Positions 17,157-28,300 of a DNA stretch of 64,000 nucleotides are shown here, one piece after another. Source of the stretch: a virus; IMG/VR virus record IMGVR_UViG_3300044837_000097, positions 18,716-82,715 of that record; one strand, written 5' to 3'. How positions within the stretch are numbered: the first letter of the stretch is position 1; each line of letters starts with the position of its first letter. The position numbers and the translations under genes were made by a program. The notes under the pieces were generated by a model that did no database searches, was not told where the DNA came from, and saw nothing but the letters and a program-made list of their open reading frames with translations.

Positions 17157-18925
17157 TGCCTGATAACCCGTACTTGACAAGCGAAGAAGAAGTTCCGAGT
17201 AATTGGTCTCCGGTTGAAACCGAGACGATGGGGCCGGGAAAATCTCCTGCGCCCCCTATTCCGCACGCGATGCCCCAGTATTTCTCCGGCTCGATGCCGC
17301 CTGCGCTGCAACACGATACATCATTTGTGAGCACGGAGGTGGGGAGTCCCCGCATCCCGAAGACATCGCTTATGCCACTGGGCTTGCAGCTTAGTTCTAT
17401 CACCAGCGCGGCGATTCAAAGCACTGCTACGAACATTGCACAGATAACGCCGGGTCCGAGCGGCGGTGGCGGTGGTGGAATCTCTAGCATCACTTTGAAT
17501 ATTCCAAATATTTTTACCCCTACTACTCAAACGAAAACGACAGACCCCGTAGTGTTGGCATTTACTCTGGCAACGGAACTTCCGGGAACTTATCTCGGCG
17601 TTCCAAGCGGCGCGGGATTAGGCGCACTGGAAGCATTTAACGTCGTAAGCAATCTAACGGGCGCTGGCGGGTCGGCCACGGTAACGGTAACGAGCACGCC
17701 AAGCACGGCGACATCGTGGGCGCTTCTACCCGTCGTTACAAAAAATGGATACGCCGGGGCGGGATTAGGCGCGTGGACCGGGATAACTGGAAACGACGGG
17801 CTTAAAGGCACGTTCATCAAAAATATAACCGGAACTTCCCCGGTTTCTGTTTCAGAGCCGCTCATCGCCAACGATACAGCGACCTTGGCTTTAGCTATTT
17901 TTTCCGGGCCTCTGCCTACTATAGTTCAGCAGAATACGGCGTCGTCGTGGACCGGGCAAACCATGTCCAAGGCTTACGGAAGTAGCAACACTGCGGGAAA
18001 CACATTATTCATTATTTTTCAATACACGCTTTCTTCCACCGCCTTTGGTGTGTCCGCTTCCGACACAGCCGGAAACTCCTACGTAACCTTGGCTTCTACC
18101 TTTGGAGGAAGCACGGCAATCGGAGCCACAGCCCAATTGATTATGATTGCTCCTGCCTGCTTGGGCGGTGCTAACACCGTCAACGTAAAAGTAACGGGAG
18201 GCAGCGGAGCAACCCCGGCAGGTCTGCTTCAAATTTTTGAAATTGCTCCGATAGCCGCAGGCGCGGGTGTCCCTTTTTTCCACCCTCTTTTCCCGGGAGA
18301 TATTCCACCCATCAATTTGAGTTCAGTTGGTAACGGCGGAATACAAAACATCCTTGGTTTAGCAAACGGGGGCACTAAATCCGATTTGTCCGGTACCGGA
18401 GGGCCAAGCCAATTCATATCTCAACTGAGTGCGGGGGCGGCTCTCAGCCCGACACAGCCGGATTTTGGTGACTTGGCCGGATTAAACAAAGCAATTAAGT
18501 ACAACAACATCGCGCTTGTAGGCGTGGGTTTGCCGTCCCTGATTGCTCTAGTAGACCGTACCGCACAAACGGCGGCTATTACCACAACCAATCTGCTAGC
18601 TTCGGTACCAACTACAGGGCAATACAGGCTGTCATGGAACGCGAAGGTTACAACGCCGGACGGGGCTAGTTCGACGTTAGGTGCTTTGACAATCACGTAT
18701 ACAGATGCCGACAACACGGTTCAAACCATCACAGCGGCAGCACAGAGCAAGAACGGAGTAATTGAAACTTCCGACACGGGAAACTCGACTACGGCGGTTT
18801 TACTCGGCGTCCCTATGATGTTAAACGCGCGTTCCGCTACAGCTATCCAATACGCTATGGCGTACGCCTCGGGCACGCCAGCGACGATGGCCTACAACCT
18901 TCATATAAAATTGGAGTCTTTGTAA
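17156..18925 (+). CDS. Tail fibre/spike protein
   Basis: 589 aa, Thr/Ser/Gly-rich, L-x-x-A-NGGT motif. Confidence 0.6.
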   Translation: MPDNPYLTSEEEVPSNWSPVETETMGPGKSPAPPIPHAMPQYFSGSMPPALQHDTSFVSTEVGSPRIPKTSLMPLGLQLSSITSAAIQSTATNIAQITPGPSGGGGGGISSITLNIPNIFTPTTQTKTTDPVVLAFTLATELPGTYLGVPSGAGLGALEAFNVVSNLTGAGGSATVTVTSTPSTATSWALLPVVTKNGYAGAGLGAWTGITGNDGLKGTFIKNITGTSPVSVSEPLIANDTATLALAIFSGPLPTIVQQNTASSWTGQTMSKAYGSSNTAGNTLFIIFQYTLSSTAFGVSASDTAGNSYVTLASTFGGSTAIGATAQLIMIAPACLGGANTVNVKVTGGSGATPAGLLQIFEIAPIAAGAGVPFFHPLFPGDIPPINLSSVGNGGIQNILGLANGGTKSDLSGTGGPSQFISQLSAGAALSPTQPDFGDLAGLNKAIKYNNIALVGVGLPSLIALVDRTAQTAAITTTNLLASVPTTGQYRLSWNAKVTTPDGASSTLGALTITYTDADNTVQTITAAAQSKNGVIETSDTGNSTTAVLLGVPMMLNARSATAIQYAMAYASGTPATMAYNLHIKLESL

Positions 18926-19344
18926 TGATAAAATTCACAGCATCGACAATTAGCGATATTCCTCAAATCGCGGAGTGGATTGCTGCCGACCCGTATCACA
19001 AGCACCAAGGTCAGCCAGAATGGTGGCTCACTGGAAGTGGGCTACTCACCTTCTGTTTACAAGACGATAAAGGCCCCCTGACCTTTGTCAGACTGGACGA
19101 AGAAGGTGAGCACGTTCGTATCCATACGCAGTTCGCGCCAAAAGAGATTGTTTCACAACGCCGACTTCTCCTTGGTATGATTGATTGTTTGACAGAACTA
19201 GTTAAAATTTATCGAACTCAATCGAGGGCGGGTCTGATATTTAATTCAGTCAGCCCGACTTTGGTGGCTTTCATGGAAAAGTGTTTCGATTTTAAGAGTG
19301 TCGGTGGCGATGACTACCGATTGGACTTCGAGGTGCAGAAATAA
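18925..19344 (+). CDS. GNAT-like virion-associated protein
   Basis: 139 aa at the position podoviruses usually place an acetyltransferase-like gene, before the ejection genes. Confidence 0.5.
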   Translation: MIKFTASTISDIPQIAEWIAADPYHKHQGQPEWWLTGSGLLTFCLQDDKGPLTFVRLDEEGEHVRIHTQFAPKEIVSQRRLLLGMIDCLTELVKIYRTQSRAGLIFNSVSPTLVAFMEKCFDFKSVGGDDYRLDFEVQK

Positions 19345-19964
19345 TGTGTGGACCCAGCAGCGCAGAAACTTCTTTGCAGGCGCAAACGCAGGCGTTCTCA
19401 AACGTCTTGCAACAAAACTACGGCACGTTGTTCGGTAAGCAGCAAGGCGTGCTTGACAGCATCAACAAGTCCTTGTCCCCGATTGTGGCGGCAGGACCGA
19501 GTCAGCGTGGCTTCTCTGGTGCTGAAACTTCTGCGCTACAAACGCAGGCCATTGAGAACGCAGGCGCGGCCAACACGGCAGCCCAACAAGCGGCGCGCAC
19601 GTATGGCGCAGGACAAGGCGGCGGTGGAACCAGCGGCTTGACCTCTGGCATCACGAAACAGATTCAATCAGCTATCGCTAGCCAGAGCGCCGGGGCTGAG
19701 AGTGCGCAATTGAACAAGATTAACTTGGAAGATTTCAACCAAGGCAACCAGAACTACTGGCGCGCTCAAGGCGGCATGAATGCGCTGGCGGCTGGCTACA
19801 GCCCGAACGCTTCGGCATCAGAAGCCGGGTCGGAAGCCGGACAGTCGTTCCAAGAGGCAGCGAAGATTAATCAAGAGAACAACGCGCTCGGTCAGGACAT
19901 CGCAGGCTTCGCAACCGCAGCAATCGGTTCGGCTGGCGACATCTTCAAGGCGTACAAGGGATAA
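19344..19964 (+). CDS. DNA ejection (pilot) protein
   Basis: MCG start, Ala/Gln/Gly-rich. Confidence 0.65.
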   Translation: MCGPSSAETSLQAQTQAFSNVLQQNYGTLFGKQQGVLDSINKSLSPIVAAGPSQRGFSGAETSALQTQAIENAGAANTAAQQAARTYGAGQGGGGTSGLTSGITKQIQSAIASQSAGAESAQLNKINLEDFNQGNQNYWRAQGGMNALAAGYSPNASASEAGSEAGQSFQEAAKINQENNALGQDIAGFATAAIGSAGDIFKAYKG

Positions 19965-19967
19965 GCT

Positions 19968-20222
19968 ATGAGCATCGGAGAGGGATTCCAAGAACTCGCC
20001 AAAGTAGCGAGCGACTACACCAACAACGGGATGGGCCAAGGCGGCGCATACGCGGCGGTCAGAGCGGCGCGCTCTCGCGAAGCCATCCATGACAGGGATA
20101 AAGCTGCGCAGTCGAAGGCTAAGACGACGACTGCCCCAGCCAATCTTGAGAGCGACACCAATCCACCAGCGGGCGACGTAGGCGATGCAACTCCCAAATC
20201 GGGCGACTCGGAAGTAGCTTGA
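19968..20222 (+). CDS. Small hypothetical protein
   Basis: 84 aa, SD AAGGGA. Confidence 0.55.
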   Translation: MSIGEGFQELAKVASDYTNNGMGQGGAYAAVRAARSREAIHDRDKAAQSKAKTTTAPANLESDTNPPAGDVGDATPKSGDSEVA

Positions 20223-20247
20223 CATTTTTCGGCAATACTGATACACT
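20219..20247 (+). promoter_or_regulatory. Sigma70-type promoter
   Basis: TTGACA, 17-nt spacer, TACACT with extended TG. Confidence 0.75.
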
Positions 20248-20256
20248 ATTTAAAGG

Positions 20257-22377
20257 ATGAAAATGGGAAATACACCTACATCACAGATTCTTCAAGGTTT
20301 GGTAGGCACGAGCGCAGAGCCAGCAGTGCAGGTTCCGATGCGCCCAACAGAGCCTGTGCAAGTCCCGATGCGTCCCTCGGACCAGCCAGCCGACACCACG
20401 GCTGCGCCGCCCGCCCCAGTAGCTGCGGGTGTTGAGCAGACGCCTTACGAGAAAGAGGGCGGCACCCTACCGATGCACCCTGTGGACGCAATGGCAACGA
20501 TGTTTATGAAGCACGTCACCGACGAGGCCAAAGAAAATTCGCCGGGTTCCTTCGGCGCAAAGTTGGCGGGCGCACTTGACGCTGCGGGCGCTGGCTTGGG
20601 CGATGCTCGCACAGGCGGCGACCCGGGACAAGGTCACGGATGGTTGAGCGCGGTAGGCGCAACGTTGGGCGCACGCACCCAGCGTTTAGAGCATCTGAAA
20701 GAGATTGCCTTCGACCAGAAGGAGCGTTTGAAGAACGACCAGATTAACCTCGCGACTGCGAACGCGAACTTGCGCCAGCACGCGATGACAATTCAGCAGC
20801 AAGAAAAGACCATCCGTGACGCGAGTGCATCATCCGGCTCGAAGTTCATGGACACGCTGCGCGCCAATTACAAGGTATCGGACAACATCTCTCAAGATGA
20901 ACTGATGTCGAGAGCGCAAGCAGACCCGAAGTTCTTGCAGACTCACACTGCTCGCATCACAGGCTATGAGCCTGTAATGGGTTCAGACGGTAAGCCGAAG
21001 ATGGTGGATGGTGTGCCTGTCGAAATGCCGAAGTTCAGTATCGCGGACATCGCACCGGGCGACATGTCGAAGCAGTACACGGTTGACGCGACCCACGCGA
21101 AGAAGTGGGCCGATTCAGGATTGAAGCCGCTGGAAGCTGGCACAGTTATGCCTGTCAGCGTTGCAAACCAGATGGACGTGCAAGCGGAACGCTACGGCAC
21201 CACGCTTGGTTTGTTGAACTTGTCGAAGGTTCAGCCTTTGCCGGATTCGGTGAAGGACCAGATGGTATCTGCGTTGCAAGACCCGGAAGTTCAGCACGCG
21301 GTCTCCATGCAGCCGGGTAGCCCGCTAGCCGGATTGTATGAGGCATCCGAGAACGTTGGACAGCACTTGCAAGTGGCGCAACAGCAGTTGGCCGCTGCTC
21401 AAAAGAGCGGTAATGCCGATGTGGTAACGAAGGCACAACAGAATCTAGCTGATGTGCAGCAAACGCAAAAGAATTTGGACCAAACGATTAACTCTGGCTT
21501 CACGCCGCAGGAGCGTTCTGCGTACCAGAAGCAGATGGAAACAGACCGCAAGCAGACGGAAGTGGAGAAACAGAACGCGGCACGCGATGCCGAGACCGCA
21601 CGCCACAACCGCGCCGAGGAAGCAATCAAGACCTTGGAGGCAAGCGGTGGTTCCCCGGAAGCGTTGCAGGACATGGGCCAGAAGTTGGCCGATGCGGAAA
21701 TGGTTCCATCCCAGCTATCGAAGCGTTCAAAGAATTACAACGCCTCGTGGCTATCGGCGGACAAGCAGTCTTGGAGCACATACGGAAAGCCGTACGATGG
21801 CGCGCAAGCGGAGTCGGAATACAAGTACGCTTCCAACTCTACCAACCAGAACGTGCTCAAGCTGGTTAACGGCGTAACGGACAAGGGCGGGTCTCTTGAC
21901 ATCGCTTTGGATGCTGCGAAAGCACTTCCGGGCATGGACTCGCAGACCTTGAACAAGGTTTTCAACACGACCAAGACCGAGTTCGGAAACAAGGCACTCA
22001 GCGACTTCCAGACCGCTATGCTCGGTCTCTCAGACGAATACGCGAAGATTATGGGCGGCGGCAACGCCACCGTCGCGGGCCAGCAGCAGGCTCTCGATAT
22101 TTTGAAGGCCGCGTACGCGAAGAACCAAATGGCAGGTGCTGCGACAATCGTTCGCAAGGACATCGCGGCACGTCAGCGTGGTATCATCGGCAAAAACCGC
22201 TTTTTGCAGAAGCAATACTACGGAAACAACGGTATGACCGTAACGATGATTTCGCCGGACGGGAAGAACTATCAAGAAGTCCCGAAAAGCCAAGCGCAGT
22301 TTTACACCGGCAAGGGCGCACGCATCGCTAACAAGCAGGACTACGCCAACCTTAACATTACGTCCACGGACCACTAA
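20257..22377 (+). CDS. DNA ejection protein
   Basis: 706 aa, helical, contains the AETARHNRAEE motif typical of internal virion proteins. Confidence 0.65.
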   Translation: MKMGNTPTSQILQGLVGTSAEPAVQVPMRPTEPVQVPMRPSDQPADTTAAPPAPVAAGVEQTPYEKEGGTLPMHPVDAMATMFMKHVTDEAKENSPGSFGAKLAGALDAAGAGLGDARTGGDPGQGHGWLSAVGATLGARTQRLEHLKEIAFDQKERLKNDQINLATANANLRQHAMTIQQQEKTIRDASASSGSKFMDTLRANYKVSDNISQDELMSRAQADPKFLQTHTARITGYEPVMGSDGKPKMVDGVPVEMPKFSIADIAPGDMSKQYTVDATHAKKWADSGLKPLEAGTVMPVSVANQMDVQAERYGTTLGLLNLSKVQPLPDSVKDQMVSALQDPEVQHAVSMQPGSPLAGLYEASENVGQHLQVAQQQLAAAQKSGNADVVTKAQQNLADVQQTQKNLDQTINSGFTPQERSAYQKQMETDRKQTEVEKQNAARDAETARHNRAEEAIKTLEASGGSPEALQDMGQKLADAEMVPSQLSKRSKNYNASWLSADKQSWSTYGKPYDGAQAESEYKYASNSTNQNVLKLVNGVTDKGGSLDIALDAAKALPGMDSQTLNKVFNTTKTEFGNKALSDFQTAMLGLSDEYAKIMGGGNATVAGQQQALDILKAAYAKNQMAGAATIVRKDIAARQRGIIGKNRFLQKQYYGNNGMTVTMISPDGKNYQEVPKSQAQFYTGKGARIANKQDYANLNITSTDH

Positions 22378-22379
22378 AA

Positions 22380-25300
22380 ATGACCGACCAGAATTCGAAT
22401 TGGTTTGACCAGAACGCGCCGGGGGCTGCACCGCAACAAGGTCAGCCCGCCCCACAGCAAGCTGCGCCAGCACCAACGCCTGCGCCACAGCCTGCGGGTA
22501 ATTGGTTTGACCAGAATCCAGCGCCAGCAGCTACGCCAGCCGCTGCCGAAACGGAAGAGAAAGCTGCACCAGCACAGCCGCAAGGTTTGTGGGACAAAAT
22601 CAAGACCGCAGTAGCGGGGCCGACGACAGCACTGGGTACACCACTTGGCGAGGACCAATCACAAGAACTATCAGGCTTGGGCGACATCTTGCAAGGTAAC
22701 GTGAAGCAAGGCGCGGGAAAAATCTGGAATTCCGAAAAGATTGATGCGAAGAACATCGTGCCGGGTTCACCTGCGGAATGGGCTATCCGTCAGTTCGACC
22801 CGGACTTCCACGGTGGGGCAACGAAGGAAGCCATCGCTGCGATGAAGGCAAAGAACCCGAATGCGGGCGAGAAGCCGCTTCTCGACGTTGCTCAATTCAT
22901 CGACATGAAGAAGCACCCGATTGGAAAGGCTTTGACGGAAGTCGCACAAGGCTTCACCTCCCCGGAGAATATCGCCATCATGTACGGCACCGGAGGTCTC
23001 GGTTTGATTGGGCAGACGCCGAAGGCTTTGAAAGCGTTCGGCACGATGAGCCGCCTAATCTCTGCGGGCTTCGCATATCAGGCACTACAAGGTGCGTACG
23101 AACACTCGAAGGCTTTCAAGGAAGCGTTTGATGCAGGCGACGAGGAACGTGCCGAATACGAGTTGACCCACGCAGTTGCGGGCGGCGTAATCGGAACACA
23201 GGCTGCGACTCACGCGGCGGAAGGTTTGCCACTACCGGGCTACGACAAGGGCGGTAAGGGCAATGCAGTAAAGCCGCTGGTCGAATTGTCACCGACAGAG
23301 AAGAAAGTTGCGGGCGCAATTAGCACCGCAGTCGGTCACGCAGCGGATGCCACCAAGAACTTTACTGCGGAAAAACTACAAGCCGCGACAGACCGCGTTG
23401 GTGTCGTATTCGGAAGAACTGCGGACTTCGATGAGGCCGTCACCCGCGTTGCGAACATGATGGGCAAGAAGGCGGGTCCAGAATTTAAGGAGAAGGTCTC
23501 AAACGCTAGTGATGATTTGAAGCAGATTATCAACGAAGACACCACCAACAAGATTGTGGACCCGGAGACGGCGGCGCAAGCAGTTGACCGCCACATTCAG
23601 GGCAACATCGAGGCACCGTTGCTGCAAGAAGCACACGCAACGAAGGATTCAACAGAGCCTGTTGTGCCGGATTTCAAGGCCCGCTTGAATGAGCGTCTTG
23701 ACAAGTTCTTCGATGAGAACGCGGGCAAGTACGGTTCACCGGAAGAGGAAGACGTTATCAAGCAGCGTATTCTGGACCGCATGGACCGCGACCAAGACCT
23801 CGGCAATGGTGTGAAGATTGCGCGTGAGCCGAATTTATACGAAGCCGAAAATATCCGCCAAGGCTTGAACAAGGAAGCTGGTAGCGTATTTGAGCAGGGC
23901 ACTAGCAGCGGATACCGCGCTGCGGCAGCAGAGACCTCGAACTTTATGCGTGAGGTCATCGACGAATCATACAAGGCGAATGGCGTTCAAGGCGTGCCGG
24001 ACGCACGCGCAAAGGAAGCAGACCTAATTGACATTCGTGATGCGTTGAGAGACGCACAAGGCCGCTTCGAAGCACAAAAAGCGACTCCTGCTCTGTTGAA
24101 ACTGTTCTCTCTCGGTAAGTTGGCCGGGATGGTTGGTGCTGTAGGAGCGCACTTCTTCGGCAGCGATATTCTAGGCGGCGCGCTGGCGGCAGGCTCTGCG
24201 TGGAAGGCTATCCACGAGCACAATGTCTCGAATTTGGAAGGCAACTTGGAACGCGCCCGACAGTTGGCCGCGCGTGAACAGGGAGCCTCGGCCACCGTTC
24301 CTGAGTTCAACCAGACCCCGGTTCCGCCGCCAGCGGGTCCTGCGGGAGCACAGATTCCACCGAACATGCCGCCGCGTCCGACCCCGCCTCAGCCTGCGAC
24401 CCGCCCTGCGGTTAATCACACGCTGAACGGCGAACTCGCATCGTACTTCTCAGAAGACCGCGCGACTTCGCCAGAAGAGTACAACGGCCTGCTTGACCGC
24501 TTCAAGGAGAAGTTTGCGACAATGAAGCAGAGCGTTGCCGACTTGAAGGCTAAGGGACAGGAGTTGCCGGAAGCCTACAAGGATGAGTGGAAGCAGGCGA
24601 ACGAACTCCACGCCACGATTCAGAAGGAAGGCGCGAAGGAAGATGCTGCGCTGGAAAAAGAAAACAAGAAGCGCCAAGACAAGTATGTGAAGGATAGTCA
24701 AGACTGGACCAGTCAGTTGCAGACCGAAACACAGAAGCAGGCCGAATTGACGAGACAGCAGAAGGATGCGGAGTCGCAGGCCAAGATTCAGGAAGAGAAG
24801 GCCCGTGTTGACGCAATCTTGAAGGATGAGCGTGTAGCTCACAGCCCGTTGATGAAGTCCACCGATGAGGCGCAGCCGATTGAGGGTGTGGAAGGACGTT
24901 CCTCGAAGGAACTTCACCGCCATGAGCACGGCCACATTATGGCGAACGTAGCGGAAGGTTTGAATCCGTTCACGTTTGTCGCCGCAGAGCATCCAGACGC
25001 AGTGGAGAGCGGCGCTGCGGCACAAGTCCACACGGACGTATCGGGTGCGGAAGAAGGCCCGAAGGGCATCGCACAACGCGTTGTCGGCATCTTGGGCGGT
25101 CCCGCGTTTGACGAAGTGCACCAAGGCATCACGATTGGCCGTAACACCGGGGCACGCGCCGACATCAGCCGCGCTCGCGAGATTCTGCGTGAAGAAGGCG
25201 GATTGAAGGGCAACCAGTTGGAGAAAGTATTTGACGCTCTATATGACAGAGCGAAGGAACACGTTTCAAACCCGGAAGCACTTGCACTGGTTGACGCTAA

Positions 25301-28300
25301 CGCGGACCTGCGCGAGGCTGGACTTCACAAGAACTTCCACATGTCACCGGGACGTATGGAAGAGTACGTTAAGAAACTAAAGGGAGCATATCGAAATGGC
25401 GAAACACCAAGCACCGAAGGAGTTCGTGAAGGGGATTCCGATGGAGGAGTACCGCAAGGAGAATCCGCTGGAACCGGAAACGGTGGAAGCGAACAAGATG
25501 GGGCTGTTGAAAGAACACGCACCGAAGCTGCACGAAAGAGCGACGAAGGCGCAGAAGCAGCAGCAGCCAGAGAAGAACGCTCAAGCGTAAAGGCCGCGAT
25601 GCCGCCAGAGCGTTCAACTGGTGACGCGGAACTTGACAAGAAGATTAAGAGCGGCGGGGCTATCCCTGCCGGACGCTTCGGACCTCTGGCGATGTTCCAC
25701 CACCCGGAGACTGGAAGCACACTGGCGTTGAAACCGGAAGAGATTACGCCGGAAGCTGTGAAGGAGCACGTCGCCAAGAGCACGGAGAAATACACTCAGG
25801 GCGACATCCGCAACACTGCGCGTCAATACAACGAGGTACGCGGGCTGCCGGAAGTCAACCCGGCCCCAGTGACCGAGGACCCGCGCGTTCAAGAAATGGG
25901 CCGCGTGTACGATGAGTTGAAGCACAACCCGAATGACCCGAAGGTCGAGGCATCATACAAAGCATTCAAAAACGAACTGGACCATCAGTACGACGCGCTG
26001 ACGAAGGCTGGATTTAAGTTTGACACCTCGAAAGAGGACCCGTATCCGTCGTACGACGCAATGCGCCAAGACATTCTGCGCAACAAGCACTTGACGGCAT
26101 GGGAAGGTGCAGCACCGCCAGCAGACCACCCGCTGGCAGAGCGCGACCCGAAGACTGGATTTACGTATAACGAAAAGTTCCGCTTGGTGCATGACGTTCT
26201 AGGGCACGCGGCGCACGACGCCGACTTTAGCGGGAACGGAGAAGAATCTGCGTGGAACTACCACCGTCAGATGTTCTCCCCGGAAGCCCAGCCTGCGCTC
26301 GCTGCCGAAACCCGTGGGCAGGTTGCTTCGTTCACTCGTAACGGAAAATTCCCGGACACACAGAAGGCTGTCTTGATGCCGGACGCTTACAATATGCGCC
26401 CGGAAGACATTATGAAGTCAAGTCTGTCGAAGACGGGTGGCAACGCAATCAAGAAGTTGGAGAACTCGAACGAAGAGTTCGCACGCCCTATCGGCTACGA
26501 TTCAAGCAAGCCGTTCACTAATAAGACAGCACCTGCGGTGATTTTGCCGGATGGACGAATCATTCCTGCTCGTTTGTCGCATGCGGACATCGCCGGGGAA
26601 GCTGGATTCAAGGATGATTTTGACGGCGTTCAAGACCTGTTGAAACACACGGATGGAGTACGCGTCATGTACCCAGACCGTGGCCGTGGAAACATCGGCA
26701 TCCAGTCCCACGCAAATCCGAACGATGTTCAAACCGGGACTGTCGCCAGCGTATTGAAGCACGCTGCGGAAGCGGGCATCGGAGACGGAAAGAACTTCGT
26801 GTGGGATTTGGGCGCGCCGGGCAAGGACCATGTTTCAGGCTCTGGCACCATCAACGATTATCGTCGAGCAATCGAATCGAAAGGAGTAGAGAAGTCGAAT
26901 CTCAATTGGGCGAAGAAGGTAGAGGACGAGCCGTTCGGTGGCGTTAACCCGAACGACCCGGAGGCACCGAGCAAGAAGTATGCGTTCGAGTTGTCACCGG
27001 AGAATCGCCACACGCCTGAGAAGCTGACTGCGCAAGAGGCACAAGCGTTCGCAGAACGTCCAGATGTGAAGGAATTGCTAGCGACTCACCCGGACATAAA
27101 GCTGGGTTGGGACACAACGACACAAGGCCGTCCTGAGTTGAATATCGGCGTATCGACGAACGATTTGGACACCGCAAAGAAAGTTGCGGGCAAGTTGGAC
27201 CAGCGCGCAATCGTAGACACACAGACCGGGGACGAGATTTCAGCAGGCGGTACGGGAACGAAGACCGAGTTCCCTGACTACCCGCTGGCGGACAGATTGA
27301 AAGACCTCGGCATCGAGAAGTCAGACATCGCGAAGTCACCGAAGGGTTCCAGCGTCCCATTGATGGAGAATCCGCTTCCAGTTAAAGGTACGATGGAAGG
27401 GAATGAAGTCGGCACGCTCGACTTGACCAAGGCACTAAACGCTTACAGCCGCAAGCAGCTTCCGTCGTTGGAGCCGGGTTCGGAGCCGAAGGAGATGGTT
27501 GACCGCGCGAAGAAGATTGCGGAAGACGAAGCGAAGTATCAGTTGGCGCAGTCAAAGACTGGCACCGAATGGTACACCACGGAAATGAAGGACCACGATA
27601 AGGTCTTGACGGACCTGCGCCCTGAGTTGTTGACGGGACCGGAGACAACTTCGGAAGCGCCGTGGACTCACACCGCGAAGATGACTTTGTTCAAGGCGGC
27701 GGAAGCTATTTTGTCATCCGGCCAGAAGCCGTATGCGAACGTGAAGTCGGCGCTGCGCGCTTGGGATGCATACAACGAGACAGGAGAATTTCCTCGCAGT
27801 AATCCGGCAACAGGCAAGGAAGGAATGTCGTGGGGTCCGCGTGGCGTTAATGCATACGGCAGCGCCTTTGACTCGTTGAATAAATTGATTCAAGAGAAGG
27901 GCGAGAAAGGCGCAGCGGATTGGCTGCTATCTGAACACCCAGTGAAGGAACTGCGTAGCTATCAGTCGGAAGGCCAATCTCCTGTGAAGGGTAAAGCAGA
28001 CGAAAATGAAACGGGCGCAATGATTCTAGGCGCGAAGCGTGGGCCATTCATGCAGAACCTTCACGGCATCGAGTCGAAGTTCACCGCCGACATGTGGGTA
28101 TCGCGTAGCTGGAACCGCTGGATGGGCACACTGGACTTGGACCCTCGCATCGAGAACAAGGGCAAGATGACATCGGAGTCGGACGCGCCACGCAATAACA
28201 CGGAGCGCACGCTTATGAATCAATCATTCTCCGAGACTGCAAACAAATTGGGGTTGACGACTTCCAGCTTGCAAGCCGTTTTGTGGTACTATGAGCAGGC

